Assembly: GCA_020632795.1 (NCBI GenBank)
Contig: JACKEV010000010.1
Span: 95,127 to 159,126 of the forward strand
Direction of reading: 5' to 3'
DNA length: 64,000 bases
Origin: Alphaproteobacteria bacterium
Lineage (GTDB): Bacteria > Myxococcota_A > UBA796 > CAJQPC01
Positions 1 to 8,563 of this stretch are shown here, one piece after another (position 1 is the first letter of the stretch; each line of letters begins with the position of its first letter). Position numbers and translations under genes: made by a program. The notes beneath the pieces are model-generated. The model worked only from the letters and a program-made list of their open reading frames with translations, was not told the origin of the DNA and did not search any database.

Positions 1-259
1 CCAGGATCAGGGCCCGGGAGCGGACCTGGAAGGCCTCGGGGTCGGCCACCGGGCTGCGGGCGAGCGCGAAGACCTCCTCGCTGCGCCGGTCGAGGAGGGT
101 GCGGGGGCCGTCGGCGATGCCGAAGATGCGCCGGAAGGCGCGGTTCAGCCGCACCACACGGTCCTGGGTGTCCACGATGAGCACGCCGATGTCGAGGTGC
201 CGGAGCAACCCTTCCAGGTGCGCCCCGAGCAGCGTGTCGCCTGCCCCCGGCGGGTTCAC
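1..259 (-). CDS. PAS-domain sensor protein, 5' part only (3' end lies beyond the window start)
   Basis: The reverse-strand frame reads VNPPGAGDTLLGAHLEGLLRHLDIGVLIVDTQDRVVRLNRAFRRIFGIADGPRTLLDRRSEEVFALARSPVADPEAFQVRSRALIL, which is PAS/sensor-like. A GTG start at 257-259 overlaps the TGA (256-258) of the upstream lipoprotein gene. Confidence 0.35.
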   Translation of the reverse strand, partial: MNPPGAGDTLLGAHLEGLLRHLDIGVLIVDTQDRVVRLNRAFRRIFGIADGPRTLLDRRSEEVFALARSPVADPEAFQVRSRALIL

Positions 260-711
260 TGACAGTTCATGTCCACGCACAAGCGCGTGATCCGACCCGA
301 GATGACGGTGAAGTCGAGATCCGCCGCGCAGTAGTACGAGCCCTGGTGGCCGGAGGTCTTGATGTGCCAGTTCCCAGCGCCCAGGGTCTCGGTGAAGTAG
401 CCGTCGGCGTCGGTGCGGCCCACCGTGGGCTGCCCCCCGACGTCGAGGTTGTCCATGATGTAGTCGACGAAGCTGACGAAGCGCGGATCGGAGGGGTCGG
501 CGACCACCCCCTGGATCAGCCGGCCCTGGACCTGGCCGGAGGTCGCGCCCTCGTTGCCCTCTTCCAGGGACACCGAGTCGGCCTCAGCGGTGTAGTCGGT
601 GCAGAACCCCTCCACCTCGATCGGCGCGGAGTCGACGAGGGGTCCATCCTTGTCGGAGCCGTCGCAGCCGGCGAAGCAGAGGGCCATCATCATGATCGGG
701 GAGCGTCTCAT
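256..711 (-). CDS. Lipoprotein with a carboxypeptidase-regulatory-like beta-sandwich region
   Basis: The N-terminus MRRSPIMMMALCFAGC has a lipobox (FAGC). The motif TDADGYFTETLGAGNWHIKTSG is CarboxypepD_reg-like. The gene is divergent from the rSAM operon. Confidence 0.55.
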   Translation of the reverse strand: MRRSPIMMMALCFAGCDGSDKDGPLVDSAPIEVEGFCTDYTAEADSVSLEEGNEGATSGQVQGRLIQGVVADPSDPRFVSFVDYIMDNLDVGGQPTVGRTDADGYFTETLGAGNWHIKTSGHQGSYYCAADLDFTVISGRITRLCVDMNCQ

Positions 712-730
712 GGGCGCATCATAGCGCCGC

Positions 731-1879
731 GTGGGGCCTTCTCCAACCCCTCCAGGCGCGCGCGGCGCGTGCTACTCTGACGCCGTGGCCGAGCCTGACG
801 TCATCGCCGCCCGCGTGCGCCGCTGGGACGAAGCGGGGCCCCAGGGGCCGATGACGTTGGAGCTGTATCCCACGCTGCGATGCAACCTGGACTGCGCGTT
901 CTGCGACACCACCGAGCGCCACCAGCCCCCCGTGAACGAGCTGCCCCTCTCCCGCCACCTGGAGATCCTGGACGAGGCCGCCGCGATGGGGGTCCGCCGC
1001 GTGTTCATCCTGGGCGGCGGCGAGCCCCTGGCCGCGAAGGCGGTCACCCCGGCGGTGATGCGCCGGGTCAAGCAGCTCGGGATGGAGGGCGTCCTGACCA
1101 CCAACGGCACGATCTTCCCCCCGCCGCTGATGCGTCAGGTCCTCGACGACGCCTGGGACGAGATCCACTTCTCGGTGGACGGCCCCACCCCGGAGATCCA
1201 CGACGCCCTGCGCGGGGTCGCGGGGGCGTTCCGGCGCACGGTGACCCACATCTGCCAGCTCAAGGTCGCCCGGGACCAGCGCGGCCTCGCCCACCCCCGG
1301 ATCGCCCTCCACTTCGTGCTCACCAACCGCAACCACCGCACCCTCGCCGCGATGGTCCGGCTGGCCCACGCCCTGGGGGCGTTCCGGGTCGACTTCGACA
1401 GCCTGATCGCCTACCGGCCCGAGCAGCGCGCCCTCGCGCTGTCCCCGGCCCAGGCCGCCGAGGTCCCCGACATCGCGCGGTCAGCCCTCCGTGTTGCCGA
1501 TGAGCTGGGCATCGTCACCACCCTGGAGCGCTTCCTGGAGCCCGCCGGCCTGGAGCGCGGCCGGCTGGACGTGCGGGTCCACGACCCCGCGCCGCCGCAG
1601 CCCGACGACGGCCCGCTGACCGCCGCGCTGCGCAGCGCCCCCTGCCTCAAGGCCTGGCACTACCTCGTGGTCCAGGCCGACGGGCGCACCAGCCCCTGCT
1701 GCGTGCTGGCCGGCGCGGGCGAGTCGGTCGCGGAGCGGCCCCTTCAGGAGGTATGGAGGGAGGGCGCGTTCCTGCAGCGGGTGCGGGCGGGCATGGCGGC
1801 GGGCGAGCCCCTGCCGCGCTGCCGGGAGTGCTCCCCGAACATCCTCGCCCACGAGCGCGTCATCCGGAGCCACCTCTGA
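731..1879 (+). CDS. Radical SAM / SPASM-domain protein (alternative start ATG at 851)
   Basis: CNLDCAFC is a Cx3Cx2C radical-SAM cluster motif. The C-terminal Cys-rich SPASM-like region reads CLKAWHY...SPCCVLAG...PRCRECSPN. The stop overlaps the next gene's start (ATGA at 1878-1881). Confidence 0.8.
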   Translation: MGPSPTPPGARGACYSDAVAEPDVIAARVRRWDEAGPQGPMTLELYPTLRCNLDCAFCDTTERHQPPVNELPLSRHLEILDEAAAMGVRRVFILGGGEPLAAKAVTPAVMRRVKQLGMEGVLTTNGTIFPPPLMRQVLDDAWDEIHFSVDGPTPEIHDALRGVAGAFRRTVTHICQLKVARDQRGLAHPRIALHFVLTNRNHRTLAAMVRLAHALGAFRVDFDSLIAYRPEQRALALSPAQAAEVPDIARSALRVADELGIVTTLERFLEPAGLERGRLDVRVHDPAPPQPDDGPLTAALRSAPCLKAWHYLVVQADGRTSPCCVLAGAGESVAERPLQEVWREGAFLQRVRAGMAAGEPLPRCRECSPNILAHERVIRSHL

Positions 1880-2652
1880 TGGCGGTGCACATCAACCTCG
1901 AGCTGACCGACCACTGCAACATCCGCTGCCGGATGTGCTCCCAGTCGCTGCGCGACGAGGCCCACGGCGCGCCCCACCGCTTCATGGAATGGGAGACCTG
2001 GCGGGCCATGCTGGCCGGGCTGGAGGGCATGGACGACGAGGTCCACCTCTGCCCCCACTGGCTGGGCGAGCCCACCATCCACCCCCGCTTCGACCAGTTC
2101 GTGGAGTACGCCTTCGCGATCAACGGGCGGGGGCGGCTGTTCCAGGAGTTCAAGCTCCACACCAACGCGGTGGTCTTCGGGGCCGACCGGGCGCGGCTGC
2201 TGATCCGCCTGGCCAACGCCCCGGGCGTCGACCCCCGCTGCTTCCGGTTCATCCACTTCTCGATCGACGCCTTCTCCGCCGAGAGCTACCGGCTGGTCAA
2301 GGGCGCCGACAAGCGCGAGCAGGTGTACCGAAACGTCGAGCGCTTCCTGACCCTGCGCCAGGAGATGGGCCTGGAGCGGCCCTACGCGCACCTCGCCTTC
2401 GTGGTCCAGGACGGCAACGCCCACGAGGCCGCCGACTTCATGCGCCACTGGACGCGCGCCCTGGATCGGCTGGGGCGCCCCTGGCAGCTCACCGCCGACT
2501 GGCCCTGCGACGACTCCGACGCGATCTACTTCCGACCCCTCAACTGCGCCGACCAGGCCGCCGCAGACCGGCTCCACGCCGGGGTCTGCCGGGACCTGGG
2601 CGTCGTCGACGCCGACGCGGGCGACCGCCTGCGCGCGGCCGGGAGCTTCTGA
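1879..2652 (+). CDS. Radical SAM protein (short, no SPASM region)
   Basis: MAVHINLELTDHCNIRCRMC carries the Cx3Cx2C motif. The gene is translationally coupled on both sides (ATGA at 1878-1881 and TGATG at 2650-2654). Confidence 0.75.
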   Translation: MAVHINLELTDHCNIRCRMCSQSLRDEAHGAPHRFMEWETWRAMLAGLEGMDDEVHLCPHWLGEPTIHPRFDQFVEYAFAINGRGRLFQEFKLHTNAVVFGADRARLLIRLANAPGVDPRCFRFIHFSIDAFSAESYRLVKGADKREQVYRNVERFLTLRQEMGLERPYAHLAFVVQDGNAHEAADFMRHWTRALDRLGRPWQLTADWPCDDSDAIYFRPLNCADQAAADRLHAGVCRDLGVVDADAGDRLRAAGSF

Positions 2653-3299
2653 TGGTCCTCCTGTTGGCCCTCGCCGGCTGCGCGCCGGGCTCGATCAACT
2701 ACCCCCAGGGCTCGAGCCCCCTCTACACGGCCTACTTCCAGGAGCTGCCCTCGGACGGCGACGCCACCGAGACCCTCGTGCTGCTGCTGAACTCCACCCT
2801 GGACTGCGACCTCACCCCCGAGGACGCCGACCCGGTCACCCGGGAGCAGGCGATGGCCGAGCTGTACATCGCGCTCACCCGGGAGGACGCCCGGGTCGTG
2901 TTCCTCTCCCTGAAGCGCTACGTCAGCGCCACCGACCCGGTGGGCTGGTACCCGATCCATGACGAGCCCTCGGTGGACTATCTCCTCGACGGCGCGTCCC
3001 CGTTCGCGGCCCGGGCGGCGTATGTGGGCATCAACGAGGCCCGCGTGGTCGAGGACGACGGCCTGTACCGCGCCTACGAGCCCGTGGACGTCGAGGGCGG
3101 CTGGATGGACGAGCCCTCCGAGGTGCGCATCACCCGCAGCGGCGACACCCTCGTCGGCAGCTTCGAGTTCGCCGAGGTCGACGTCTCCGGCCGCTTCCGG
3201 GCCTCCCCTTGTGATGAGCTGGAGTTCCCCGCGAGCCTGGCGGGGGCCGTGCTCGCCCAATACGGCGCAACCCCTCAAGACGACACTGAGCAGGACTGA
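2652..3299 (+). CDS. Lipoprotein
   Basis: MVLLLALAGCAPG is a signal peptide with an LAGC lipobox. The gene shares a frame with the spurious long ORF 1935..3299. Its start overlaps the rSAM stop. Confidence 0.6.
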   Translation: MVLLLALAGCAPGSINYPQGSSPLYTAYFQELPSDGDATETLVLLLNSTLDCDLTPEDADPVTREQAMAELYIALTREDARVVFLSLKRYVSATDPVGWYPIHDEPSVDYLLDGASPFAARAAYVGINEARVVEDDGLYRAYEPVDVEGGWMDEPSEVRITRSGDTLVGSFEFAEVDVSGRFRASPCDELEFPASLAGAVLAQYGATPQDDTEQD

Positions 3300-3302
3300 A
3301 CC

Positions 3303-4589
3303 GTGGATCCGACCACCGCCGCGCTCGCGGGCGCCCTGACCCTCTTCCCCTCCTCCGACCACCAGGAGTTCGGCGCGGGCTTCTACGGCTTCGAGGCCGA
3401 CTCTGCGCCCGTCCTGTCCGAGGCCACCGGGGCGATCATGCCCCAGGGGCTCGACCTGATGTACCGCCGCCTCAACGACACCGAGCGGGTGCGCCTGGGC
3501 GAGGTCGAGACCGGCACGGGCAGCTCGGTCCGGGTGCGCCTGTACCGGGACGCCGCCGGGGACATCAAGATCGACGAGATCTCCGTCGAGGTCCTGCTGG
3601 TGTCCTTCCGCTCCCGCCCGCTCTTGGGGGACACCGCCGACATCGGCCTGTTCTTCGGGGCCTGGGACGAGGTCTGGCGCTTCGGCGACACCGGGCGCAC
3701 CCAGTGGCGCTTCTTCTCGCCCATCCGGGTCACCCTGCTGGGGCTGGCGAAGAACGACATGGACCCCGACGACCGCTTCAAGTACTACCTCGGCGGCGGC
3801 CTGGGGCTGGGCTGGGAGAACCTGACCCGCATCGCCGGCCCGATCGGCTTCCAGCTCCGGGCGGACTCCCTGTGGAGCAGCATGAACCGCTGGCGGCGGG
3901 ACGACCGCAACACCACCCGCCACGAGCTGGAGCTGGGCGCGGAGCTGGGGCTGTCCCTGCTGACCCAGCGGCAGGCCTGGATCCTGGGCGCGTGGGGCCA
4001 GGGCATCACCCAGTGGGAGCCCCGGGACGACGGGGGCCGCGACGGCATCGACCGCCAGTACCTCGCCGGGGGCCTGCGGCTGTCGGGGCGGTTCTACAAG
4101 GAGCGCGAGGCCAGCCCCATCGCCGACCCCGACCTCGACGCCCTGCTCGACGCCATCCGCCGGCAGGCCGAGGAGGAGGGCGGCCAGGAGCGCCAGCCCC
4201 TCTTCGAGCGGCCCCCGAGCGACCGGAACCCCGAGGGCAAGGCCACGCCCGAGGAGCCCGCGTCCGAGGACACCCGCCACCTCCCCCTGGAGGTCCACTG
4301 GTCCGAGGTGGTCCCGGTCACCGGGGACGAGCCCGCCCTGCCCGAGGGCGTGGCCGCCGGCTCGATCTGCCACGTCCGCTTCTTCATCGACCCCACCGGC
4401 CAGCCCTACGACATCCGTCCCGAGGACTGCCCCGACGCCTGGCGCGCCGCCGCGATGGAGGCCGCCTGGGGCTGGCGCTTCGAGCCGGTGGTCGAGGACG
4501 ACGACACGGTCTCGGCGCAGTTCGTCTACCCCTTCGGGGAGCGGCGGGCGCTCGACGCGGGGCCGGGGGAGGAGGCGCAGCCGGAGTAG
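3303..4589 (+). CDS. Hypothetical protein with a TonB-C-like C-terminal domain
   Basis: GTG start 4 nt after the lipoprotein stop. The C-terminal segment VHWSEVVPVTGDEPALPEGVAAGSICHVRFFIDPTGQPYDIRPEDCPDAW...FVYPF resembles a TonB C-terminal fold. Confidence 0.5.
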   Translation: MDPTTAALAGALTLFPSSDHQEFGAGFYGFEADSAPVLSEATGAIMPQGLDLMYRRLNDTERVRLGEVETGTGSSVRVRLYRDAAGDIKIDEISVEVLLVSFRSRPLLGDTADIGLFFGAWDEVWRFGDTGRTQWRFFSPIRVTLLGLAKNDMDPDDRFKYYLGGGLGLGWENLTRIAGPIGFQLRADSLWSSMNRWRRDDRNTTRHELELGAELGLSLLTQRQAWILGAWGQGITQWEPRDDGGRDGIDRQYLAGGLRLSGRFYKEREASPIADPDLDALLDAIRRQAEEEGGQERQPLFERPPSDRNPEGKATPEEPASEDTRHLPLEVHWSEVVPVTGDEPALPEGVAAGSICHVRFFIDPTGQPYDIRPEDCPDAWRAAAMEAAWGWRFEPVVEDDDTVSAQFVYPFGERRALDAGPGEEAQPE

Positions 4590-4747
4590 AGGCGGGTGGC
4601 TCTGCGCGGGGCCCGCTCCTTGCGCCGCATCGCTGCGCGTCCCCCGACGCCGAGGCCCTCGTTGAGGAGGTGCTCCGCTCCATCCCCCTCGGAGAAGGCA
4701 GCCCGCAGCGCCCCATCGGGATACGGTGAGCGGCGCTTCGACCCCCG

Positions 4748-5254
4748 GTGAACATGCACCTCACCCATCAACAAGAGGCCTTCAGCCGCGCTTACGTCCG
4801 CGCCGTCGCGGCCGCGGCCAGCTTCCGCGTGCAGCCCGGCGCCGCCCCCGACGATGACAGCGTCGACCTGACCATCGCGGCCCGCGGCCCCATGGGCACC
4901 GTGCGGTCGCCGAAGCTGGACGTTCAGCTCAAGTGCCGGCTCGGCTTTCCCGAGGGCTCGCCCACCTGGCCCTGTGATCTGGAGATGAAGAACTACGACG
5001 ATCTCCGTCCCACAGACGTCCAGGTGCCCCGGGTGCTTGTGGTCGTCGCGGTGCCCGAGGACGTCACACGCTGGGTGGAGCAGGACGAGCAGCGCCTGCT
5101 GATGCGCCACTGCGGGTGGTGGGTATCCCTGCGGGGGCTGCCCACCATCGACAACACAGCGACCCGGCGGGTGCAGATGCCCCGCAACCAGATCTTCGAC
5201 GTCGCCGGCCTTCAGGGCATCATGGACCGCGTCGGCCAGGGAGGCACGCCATGA
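4748..5254 (+). CDS. DUF4365-like protein (PD-(D/E)xK restriction-endonuclease-like fold)
   Basis: The N-terminus QQEAFSRAYVRAVAAAASFRV...DDDSVDLTI...KLDVQLKC matches the DUF4365 pattern (GE.yV...a...g......D.GiD..i......vQvK). Confidence 0.6.
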   Translation: MNMHLTHQQEAFSRAYVRAVAAAASFRVQPGAAPDDDSVDLTIAARGPMGTVRSPKLDVQLKCRLGFPEGSPTWPCDLEMKNYDDLRPTDVQVPRVLVVVAVPEDVTRWVEQDEQRLLMRHCGWWVSLRGLPTIDNTATRRVQMPRNQIFDVAGLQGIMDRVGQGGTP

Positions 5255-6396
5255 CGACCCTCACCGAGCAGCTCCGCGCGGTCGAGCCCCGGCAGGTGGC
5301 CGCCTGGCTGCGTACCCGCGGCTGGACCCTGGTCACGCCCGACCCCGAGCGTGTCGCCGTCTACGAGAAACCCACCGGGGACGAGGGACCCTTCGTCGTG
5401 GAGTTGCCGCTGGACCCCAGCTTCCGGGACTACACGCGGCGCATGGGCGAGGTGCTCCAGGTCCTCGTCGCGGCCAGCGGCCAGCCCGCCACATGGGTGC
5501 TCACCGAGCTGCGCGCCTCGACCTTCGATGTCGTGCGCCTGCGGGCGACAGGGCCGGGCGTCGGCGCGGGTCTGGTGCCCGTGGAGTTGGGCACGCGCCT
5601 GTTCTCGCTGACCCGGGAGCTGCTCCTGGCAGCCGCATGCGCGGCCCACGAGACCCGCCCGGTCTACCGCACCCGCAAGCCCGCGGAGGCCGTGGAGTTC
5701 CTCCGCCGCGTCAAGCTCGCCGCCCCCGAGGCCGGCAGCTTCATCGTGACCGTGCACGCGCCCGTGCCTCCGGTCCTGCAGACCACGCTGGCGGACGAGA
5801 CCGAGGAGCCGCCCTTCGAGCGGCGCTCCACGCTCATGCTCGCCCGCTCGGCCTCGGCCGCCCGGGAGGCCGCGCAGCGCGCCGGGCTCGGCGAGGGAGC
5901 AGACCCCTTTGTGAACGGCACCGCCCAAGGCATCAGCGCCAACCTGCTCGAGGCCCTCTCCGGCTTCGTGGATGGCCAGGACGCCACCGGCCTGGACCTG
6001 AGCTTTGCCTGGGCGTCCTCCAGACCTGCACCCGCTGGGACGCCCACCGCTCTGCACCTGGGCTCGGACCTCGCGCCGATCCTCCAGGAGGGCGCTCGGG
6101 TGCTGCGCGCGCGCGCCCCGCGCCCGGACTTCGAGCTGGAGGGCATCGTGGTGCGCCTGGACAGCGAGGCCCCGGACGCTGGGGGCCAGGTCGTCGTCAC
6201 CGGCCAGATCGACGGACAGCCGCGCAAGGTGAAGGTCCCCATGGGACCCGAGGACTACGCGCTGGCGCTGCGCGCCCACGAGGGCCAGCAGTTCCTCCGC
6301 TGCGAAGGGGAGCTGGTGCGTCAGGGTCGGCGCTATCATCTGGAGCGCGTTCGCCATGTGACCCTGCTTGACGACGACGGGGACACCGCAGACTGA
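5251..6396 (+). CDS. Hypothetical 381-aa protein, partner of the DUF4365-like gene
   Basis: ATG at 5251 overlaps the upstream TGA (ATGA). The coding-style ORF is long; no recognisable motif was found. Confidence 0.55.
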   Translation: MTTLTEQLRAVEPRQVAAWLRTRGWTLVTPDPERVAVYEKPTGDEGPFVVELPLDPSFRDYTRRMGEVLQVLVAASGQPATWVLTELRASTFDVVRLRATGPGVGAGLVPVELGTRLFSLTRELLLAAACAAHETRPVYRTRKPAEAVEFLRRVKLAAPEAGSFIVTVHAPVPPVLQTTLADETEEPPFERRSTLMLARSASAAREAAQRAGLGEGADPFVNGTAQGISANLLEALSGFVDGQDATGLDLSFAWASSRPAPAGTPTALHLGSDLAPILQEGARVLRARAPRPDFELEGIVVRLDSEAPDAGGQVVVTGQIDGQPRKVKVPMGPEDYALALRAHEGQQFLRCEGELVRQGRRYHLERVRHVTLLDDDGDTAD

Positions 6397-6491
6397 AACA
6401 CGGCGCTGACCTCCAACGGTCCGCCCCACCCCAGATTCTTTCAACAACCCTGACCCCTTGCGCTACGGTATGGCTCCCCCCGCCTCCCAGG

Positions 6492-8549
6492 ATGGAAGCC
6501 ATGCGCCTGCCCGCGTTCTGCCTGCTCCTCGCCCTCGCCGCCTGCAAGGACAAGCCCCCCATCGACGAGACCGGCGCCGACGGCCCGGTGGACGCCGACG
6601 GGGACGGCTTCGACACCGAGGTGGACTGCGACGACAGCGACGGGTCGGTCCACCCCGGCGCGACCGAGCAGCCCTACGACGGCGTCGACAACGACTGCGA
6701 CCCGGAGACGGTCGACGACGACCTCGACGGGGACGGCTTCGTCAGCGCCGAGGACTGTGACGACGCCGACGGCGCGGTGAACCCCGACGCCGCCGAGCGC
6801 TGCGACGGCGTCGACAACGACTGCGACGGCGAGATCGACGAGGGCGACGCCGAGGACGCCGGCACCTGGTACGCCGACGGGGACGCCGACGGCTACGGCG
6901 CCGACGAGAGCGCCATCACCGCCTGCGAGCAGCCCTCCGGCCACGTGGCCGCGGGCGGCGACTGCGACGACGCCGACGCGGCGTACAACCCCGCCGCCAC
7001 CGAGGACGACTGCACCGACCCCAACGACTACAACTGCGACGGCTCGGTGGGCTTCGCCGACGCCGACGGGGACGGCTGGGCGGCCTGCGAGGACTGCGAC
7101 GACGCCGACGCCGCCATCAGCCCCGACGCCACCGAGGTCTGCGACGCGGTCGACAACGACTGCGACGGCACCATCGACGAGCCCGACGCCGCCGACGCGC
7201 CCCTCTGGTACGCCGACACCGACGGCGACGGCTACGGCGACCCGGTCACCGGCCAGGCCGCCTGCGAGTCCCCCTCCGGCACCGTCGCCGACAGCAGCGA
7301 CTGCGACGACACCCACGACGACGTCTACCCCGGCGCGGCGGAGACCTGCGACGAGCTGGACGGCGACTGCGACGGCACCGTGGACGAGGGCGTGCAGCTC
7401 ACCTACTACCAGGACGCCGACGGCGACGGCTACGGCGACCCCGCCAGCACCACCCTGGCCTGCGACGTGCCCTCCGGCTACGCCGAGGCCGACGGGGACT
7501 GCGACGACGGCGCCGCTGCGGTCAACCCCGACGCCACCGAGGTCTGCGACGGCGTCGACAACGACTGCGACGGCACCACCGACCCCGCCTCCAGCGCCGA
7601 CGCCGCGACCTGGTACGCCGACACCGACAGCGACGGCTACGGCGACGCCAGCAGCGCCACGGTGAGCTGCACCCAGCCCGCCGCCACGGTCTCCGACAGC
7701 ACCGACTGCGACGACGGCGACGCCAGCGTGTTCCCCGGCGCCGACGAGTACTGCAACAGCGTCGACGACGACTGCGACGGCACCACCGACGAGGACGACG
7801 CCCTGGATGCGGTGAGCTGGTACGCCGACGGCGACAGCGACACCTACGGCGACGTGAACAGCCCCACGGTCGCCTGCACCCAGCCCTCCGGCTACGTCGG
7901 CGACGACAGCGACTGCGACGACAGCGACGCCAGCCTGGGCCCCTGCGCGAGCTGCCTGAACATCCTGGACGCCGGGCGCAGCACCGGGGACGGCGTCTAC
8001 AGCTTCGACCCCTGCAACACGGGCGTCGACAGCGACTACTACTGCGACATGACCACCGACGGCGGGGGCTGGACCTTGGCCGGCTGGCAGTCCGCCAGCG
8101 CCACGACCTACCTGGGCACCAACGACCGGGGCACGGTCGGGGACGCCTCGGACTGGTCGCGGGACCTCGCCTGCGTGGGCTACGCCGAGGTCATGGTCTT
8201 CAACCGGACCTACGGCGGCTCCTTCTCCCAGAGCTACACGCCGTCGACCTGGGCAGAGACCGGCACCAACCTGGCGATCGGCAGCGCCGGGACCGCCTTC
8301 AAGCACGGCACCTACGGGCCTTCGAACAGCCTGATCGTCATGGGCTGCGTGGACTACACCTACAACGGCGGGGTCTACCCCCAGTACGCCTGTGACAGCG
8401 ACAGCCAGCGCTCCGCGAAGGGCCACCTGGCCGACTACGCGGGCGAGTACTGCTCCGGCGGGCGCCTGGACCGCACCTGGGCGTGGTCGAACGGGTCGAG
8501 CTGCTCGTACCGGGGCACGGCCTACACCTGGGGCTTCGCCATCCGGTGA
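6492..8549 (+). CDS. Secreted lipoprotein: MopE-type Cys-rich metal-binding repeats plus a fibrinogen-C-terminal-like domain
   Basis: Signal peptide with lipobox LALAAC. More than 10 repeats of DxDGDGxxxxxDCDDxDxxxxPGAxExCDGVDNDCDG. The C-terminal CDMTTDGGGWTL is a fibrinogen-related-domain signature. Confidence 0.7.
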   Translation: MEAMRLPAFCLLLALAACKDKPPIDETGADGPVDADGDGFDTEVDCDDSDGSVHPGATEQPYDGVDNDCDPETVDDDLDGDGFVSAEDCDDADGAVNPDAAERCDGVDNDCDGEIDEGDAEDAGTWYADGDADGYGADESAITACEQPSGHVAAGGDCDDADAAYNPAATEDDCTDPNDYNCDGSVGFADADGDGWAACEDCDDADAAISPDATEVCDAVDNDCDGTIDEPDAADAPLWYADTDGDGYGDPVTGQAACESPSGTVADSSDCDDTHDDVYPGAAETCDELDGDCDGTVDEGVQLTYYQDADGDGYGDPASTTLACDVPSGYAEADGDCDDGAAAVNPDATEVCDGVDNDCDGTTDPASSADAATWYADTDSDGYGDASSATVSCTQPAATVSDSTDCDDGDASVFPGADEYCNSVDDDCDGTTDEDDALDAVSWYADGDSDTYGDVNSPTVACTQPSGYVGDDSDCDDSDASLGPCASCLNILDAGRSTGDGVYSFDPCNTGVDSDYYCDMTTDGGGWTLAGWQSASATTYLGTNDRGTVGDASDWSRDLACVGYAEVMVFNRTYGGSFSQSYTPSTWAETGTNLAIGSAGTAFKHGTYGPSNSLIVMGCVDYTYNGGVYPQYACDSDSQRSAKGHLADYAGEYCSGGRLDRTWAWSNGSSCSYRGTAYTWGFAIR

Positions 8550-8563
8550 GGTTATCGGAGGGT

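Noticed and set aside
1935-3299. 454-aa plus ORF fusing the second rSAM region with the lipoprotein gene
   Set aside because: Only the 3' 216 codons (from ATG 2652, lipoprotein signal) are credible. The 5' part is an Arg/Pro-rich alternate frame of the rSAM gene.
2526-4373. 615-aa minus-strand ORF overlapping the lipoprotein and TonB-C-like genes
   Set aside because: Gly/Ala/Arg/Val-rich low-complexity translation. Typical antisense open frame in about 70% GC DNA; no motifs. The plus-strand genes have signal peptides and coupling.
6441-8426. 661-aa minus-strand ORF opposite the MopE/fibrinogen gene
   Set aside because: Val/Ala/Gly repeats are the mirror image of the Asp/Cys/Gly repeats on the plus strand. 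Artefact.
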